Assembly: GCA_944383255.1 (NCBI GenBank)
Contig: CALWOY010000035.1
Coordinates: 1 to 48,564 of the forward strand
Length of the DNA stretch: 48,564 bases
Direction: 5' to 3'
Source: an uncultured Clostridia bacterium
Lineage (GTDB): Bacteria > Bacillota > Clostridia > Christensenellales > UBA1242
Every line of letters starts with the position of its first letter. Positions within the stretch are counted from its first letter, which is position 1. Below, in pieces: positions 47,456-48,564 of this stretch. Both the position numbers and the translations under genes were made by a program. The notes below the pieces were generated by a model. That model worked only from the letters and a program-made list of their open reading frames with translations, had not been told where the DNA came from and ran no database searches.

Positions 47456-47530
47456 TGGGGTGTAGCCAAGTGGTAAGGCACGAGACTTTGACTCTCGCAT
47501 GCGTAGGTTCAAATCCTGCCACCCCAGCCA
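47456..47530 (+). tRNA. tRNA-Gln(TTG)
   Basis: TGGGGTG TA GCCAAGTGGTAAGGC A CGAGA CTTTGAC TCTCG CATGC GTAGG TTCAAAT CCTGC CACCCCA G CCA. Confidence 0.9.
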
Positions 47531-47535
47531 AATAT

Positions 47536-47611
47536 GGTTCACTAGCTCAGCTGGTAGAGCACTTGACTTTTAATCAAGGGGTCTCGGGTTCAAATCCCGA
47601 GTGAGCCACCA
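47536..47611 (+). tRNA. tRNA-Lys(TTT)
   Basis: GGTTCAC TA GCTCAGCTGGTAGAGC A CTTGA CTTTTAA TCAAG GGGTC TCGGG TTCAAAT CCCGA GTGAGCC A CCA. Confidence 0.9.
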
Positions 47612-47637
47612 ATCAAGTGGTAAACCCATTAAATTCA

Positions 47638-47663
47638 CAGGGCAGTGGTTGCTCTGTTTTTTT
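47638..47663 (+). terminator. terminator after the tRNA cluster
   Basis: CAGGGCA (47638-47644) pairs with TGCTCTG (47650-47656), followed by T7. Confidence 0.75.
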
Positions 47664-47746
47664 ATGTACTTAAAGAACACACTAATCAATGCTTTCTTTT
47701 GTATTTGTTTTATTACAGATATCGTCACAATTTTTAAAACAAAGAA

Positions 47747-47840
47747 TTGACAAATAAATTTCATTACATATACTAATAACAATTCAACCAAGCCCATAGG
47801 GCAAGTACTTGTGGTAACACAGCAAGGGTTGAATTTTTTT
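47747..47840 (+). ncRNA. candidate ~60-nt small RNA with its own promoter and terminator
   Basis: TTGACA (47747-47752), a 16-nt spacer, then TATACT (47769-47774). AATTCAACC (47781-47789) pairs with GGTTGAATT (47827-47835), followed by a T-run. Two internal mini-hairpins are present: GCCC-ATA-GGGC, and one capped by GTAA. Confidence 0.4.
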
Positions 47841-48181
47841 ATTTAAACCGATTATTGCATTTTTTAATCTTATAACGGCTTTTCTTTGAAAATCTAAAAT
47901 TTTATAATTTTTCATTACTAAATTGATTTTCATTTTGCCAAAATTATTTACTAATTCATGTTTTCTTTTTCCCCATTTTGTTAGATATTTTTGTTTTTCA
48001 TTTTTGTCCATTTTTCTTCTACCAGAATTTGTAAGAGCCTTTTTGTGTTTCAATTCTGATAAATACTTCATTTCCATAATGTATAGCAAATAAAAAATGT
48101 GGCTAATTTTAAACTAACTTAATTCAACTATCAACCAGACTATAAAAAACATTATTCTGCATCTCTTTTTATTACAAAATG

Positions 48182-48210
48182 TTGACATAAAGATTTTTTT
48201 TTGATATTCT
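48182..48210 (+). promoter_or_regulatory. promoter of tRNA-Leu
   Basis: TTGACA (48182-48187), a 17-nt spacer, then TATTCT (48205-48210), about 25 nt before the tRNA. Confidence 0.5.
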
Positions 48211-48234
48211 TTTATTTGTACCAATTATGAATAT

Positions 48235-48317
48235 GCGGATGTGGCGAAACTGGCAGACGCGCAGGACTTAGGATCCTGTGGGAAACCGTGGGGGTTCAAG
48301 TCCCTTCATCCGCACCA
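48235..48317 (+). tRNA. tRNA-Leu(TAG), class II
   Basis: GCGGATG TG GCGAAACTGGCAGACGC G CAGGA CTTAGGA TCCTG, a long variable arm, then a T-arm, CATCCGC A CCA. Confidence 0.9.
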
Positions 48318-48445
48318 AAAAACCACCAAAAAGCTACGAAATACTTTGTTTCTGGTGTGCCAAGCCACACAGTCATTTAGGCAACTAAACTCCTGCGTGG
48401 ACTTGACACACCGAGCCTCGTCTTTCTTGCTTTTTGGTGGTTTTT
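48318..48445. ncRNA. copy 2 of the structured RNA-like motif, abutting the tRNA-Leu 3-prime end
   Basis: Outer stem 48318-48334/48429-48445 (17 bp, perfect). Inner stem 48354-48368/48397-48412 (14 bp, with one mismatch and one bulge). The 28-nt loop is ACAGTCATTTAGGCAACTAAACTCCTGC. The conserved 3-prime box GAGCCTCGTCTTTCTTG lies at 48413-48429. Confidence 0.4.
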
Positions 48446-48564
48446 ATATTTTTTATATTTAGAGACCGAAAGGGCTTTTTTATGGTGCTTGTTTTTTCTC
48501 TTTTTTGCGACCAAACGAAAATGCTAAAAGCATTTTGTCGCAACTTTAGGGAAGGAATGTCGTA

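Noticed and set aside
47784-48089. 101-aa Lys-rich ORF between tRNA-Lys and tRNA-Leu
   Set aside because: It has a TTG start, and the internal ATGs lack an SD. Its composition is typical of chance ORFs in AT-rich spacers. Its 3-prime end overlaps a better-supported promoter/hairpin unit.
48241-48462. 73-aa ORF
   Set aside because: It lies entirely over tRNA-Leu and the structured motif, so it is an artefact of ORF calling.
1-48564. CRISPR arrays, rRNA genes, transposase/IS elements, reverse transcriptases
   Set aside because: On reading both strands I saw no regularly spaced direct repeats, no rRNA-like sequence, no DDE/HUH transposase and no RT motifs. The only mobile element found is the integrase island.

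Overview
AT-rich, Bacillota-like chromosomal segment that reads correctly with the standard bacterial code; TGA is used as a stop, for example in the ATGA overlap at 38748-38751. No CRISPR array was seen.

Layout from left to right:
1. DUF4279-like gene, then a signal-peptide-less DUF11 operon on the minus strand.
2. Housekeeping block: aldehyde dehydrogenase, spoVG, murC, rpmE, a DUF1385-PrmC fusion, prfA.
3. Accessory block: a 440-codon ORF with no start codon that encodes TCT..CxxC..GH repeats, a 761-aa membrane protein, and a 3,806-aa N-terminally anchored giant protein driven by a consensus promoter.
4. cls.
5. An ~8.7-kb integrative island carrying a tyrosine integrase, an Xis-like protein, an HUH Rep-like protein, an ABC-ATPase/TOPRIM nuclease, two HTH regulators and a lipoprotein. 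It has split the host tRNA-Arg(CCT) in the anticodon loop and carries its own complete but non-canonical tRNA-Arg(CCT).
6. Lipid kinase, tRNA-Asn, an amidase/DUF4363/DUF421 trio, a MOP flippase, LysM, GNAT-like and NCS2 permease genes.
7. A translationally coupled operon of an intact metallophosphoesterase, a degenerate paralog and a zinc-ribbon protein.
8. A tRNA cluster (Gln, Gln, Lys, Leu).

The most interesting signals are the split and replaced tRNA, the island's single-gene ATPase-TOPRIM defence candidate, a two-copy structured RNA-like motif with covarying stems (434-579 and 48318-48445), the phosphoesterase operon, and the start-less Cys-repeat ORF. All product calls come from motif recognition by eye; no database search was run.
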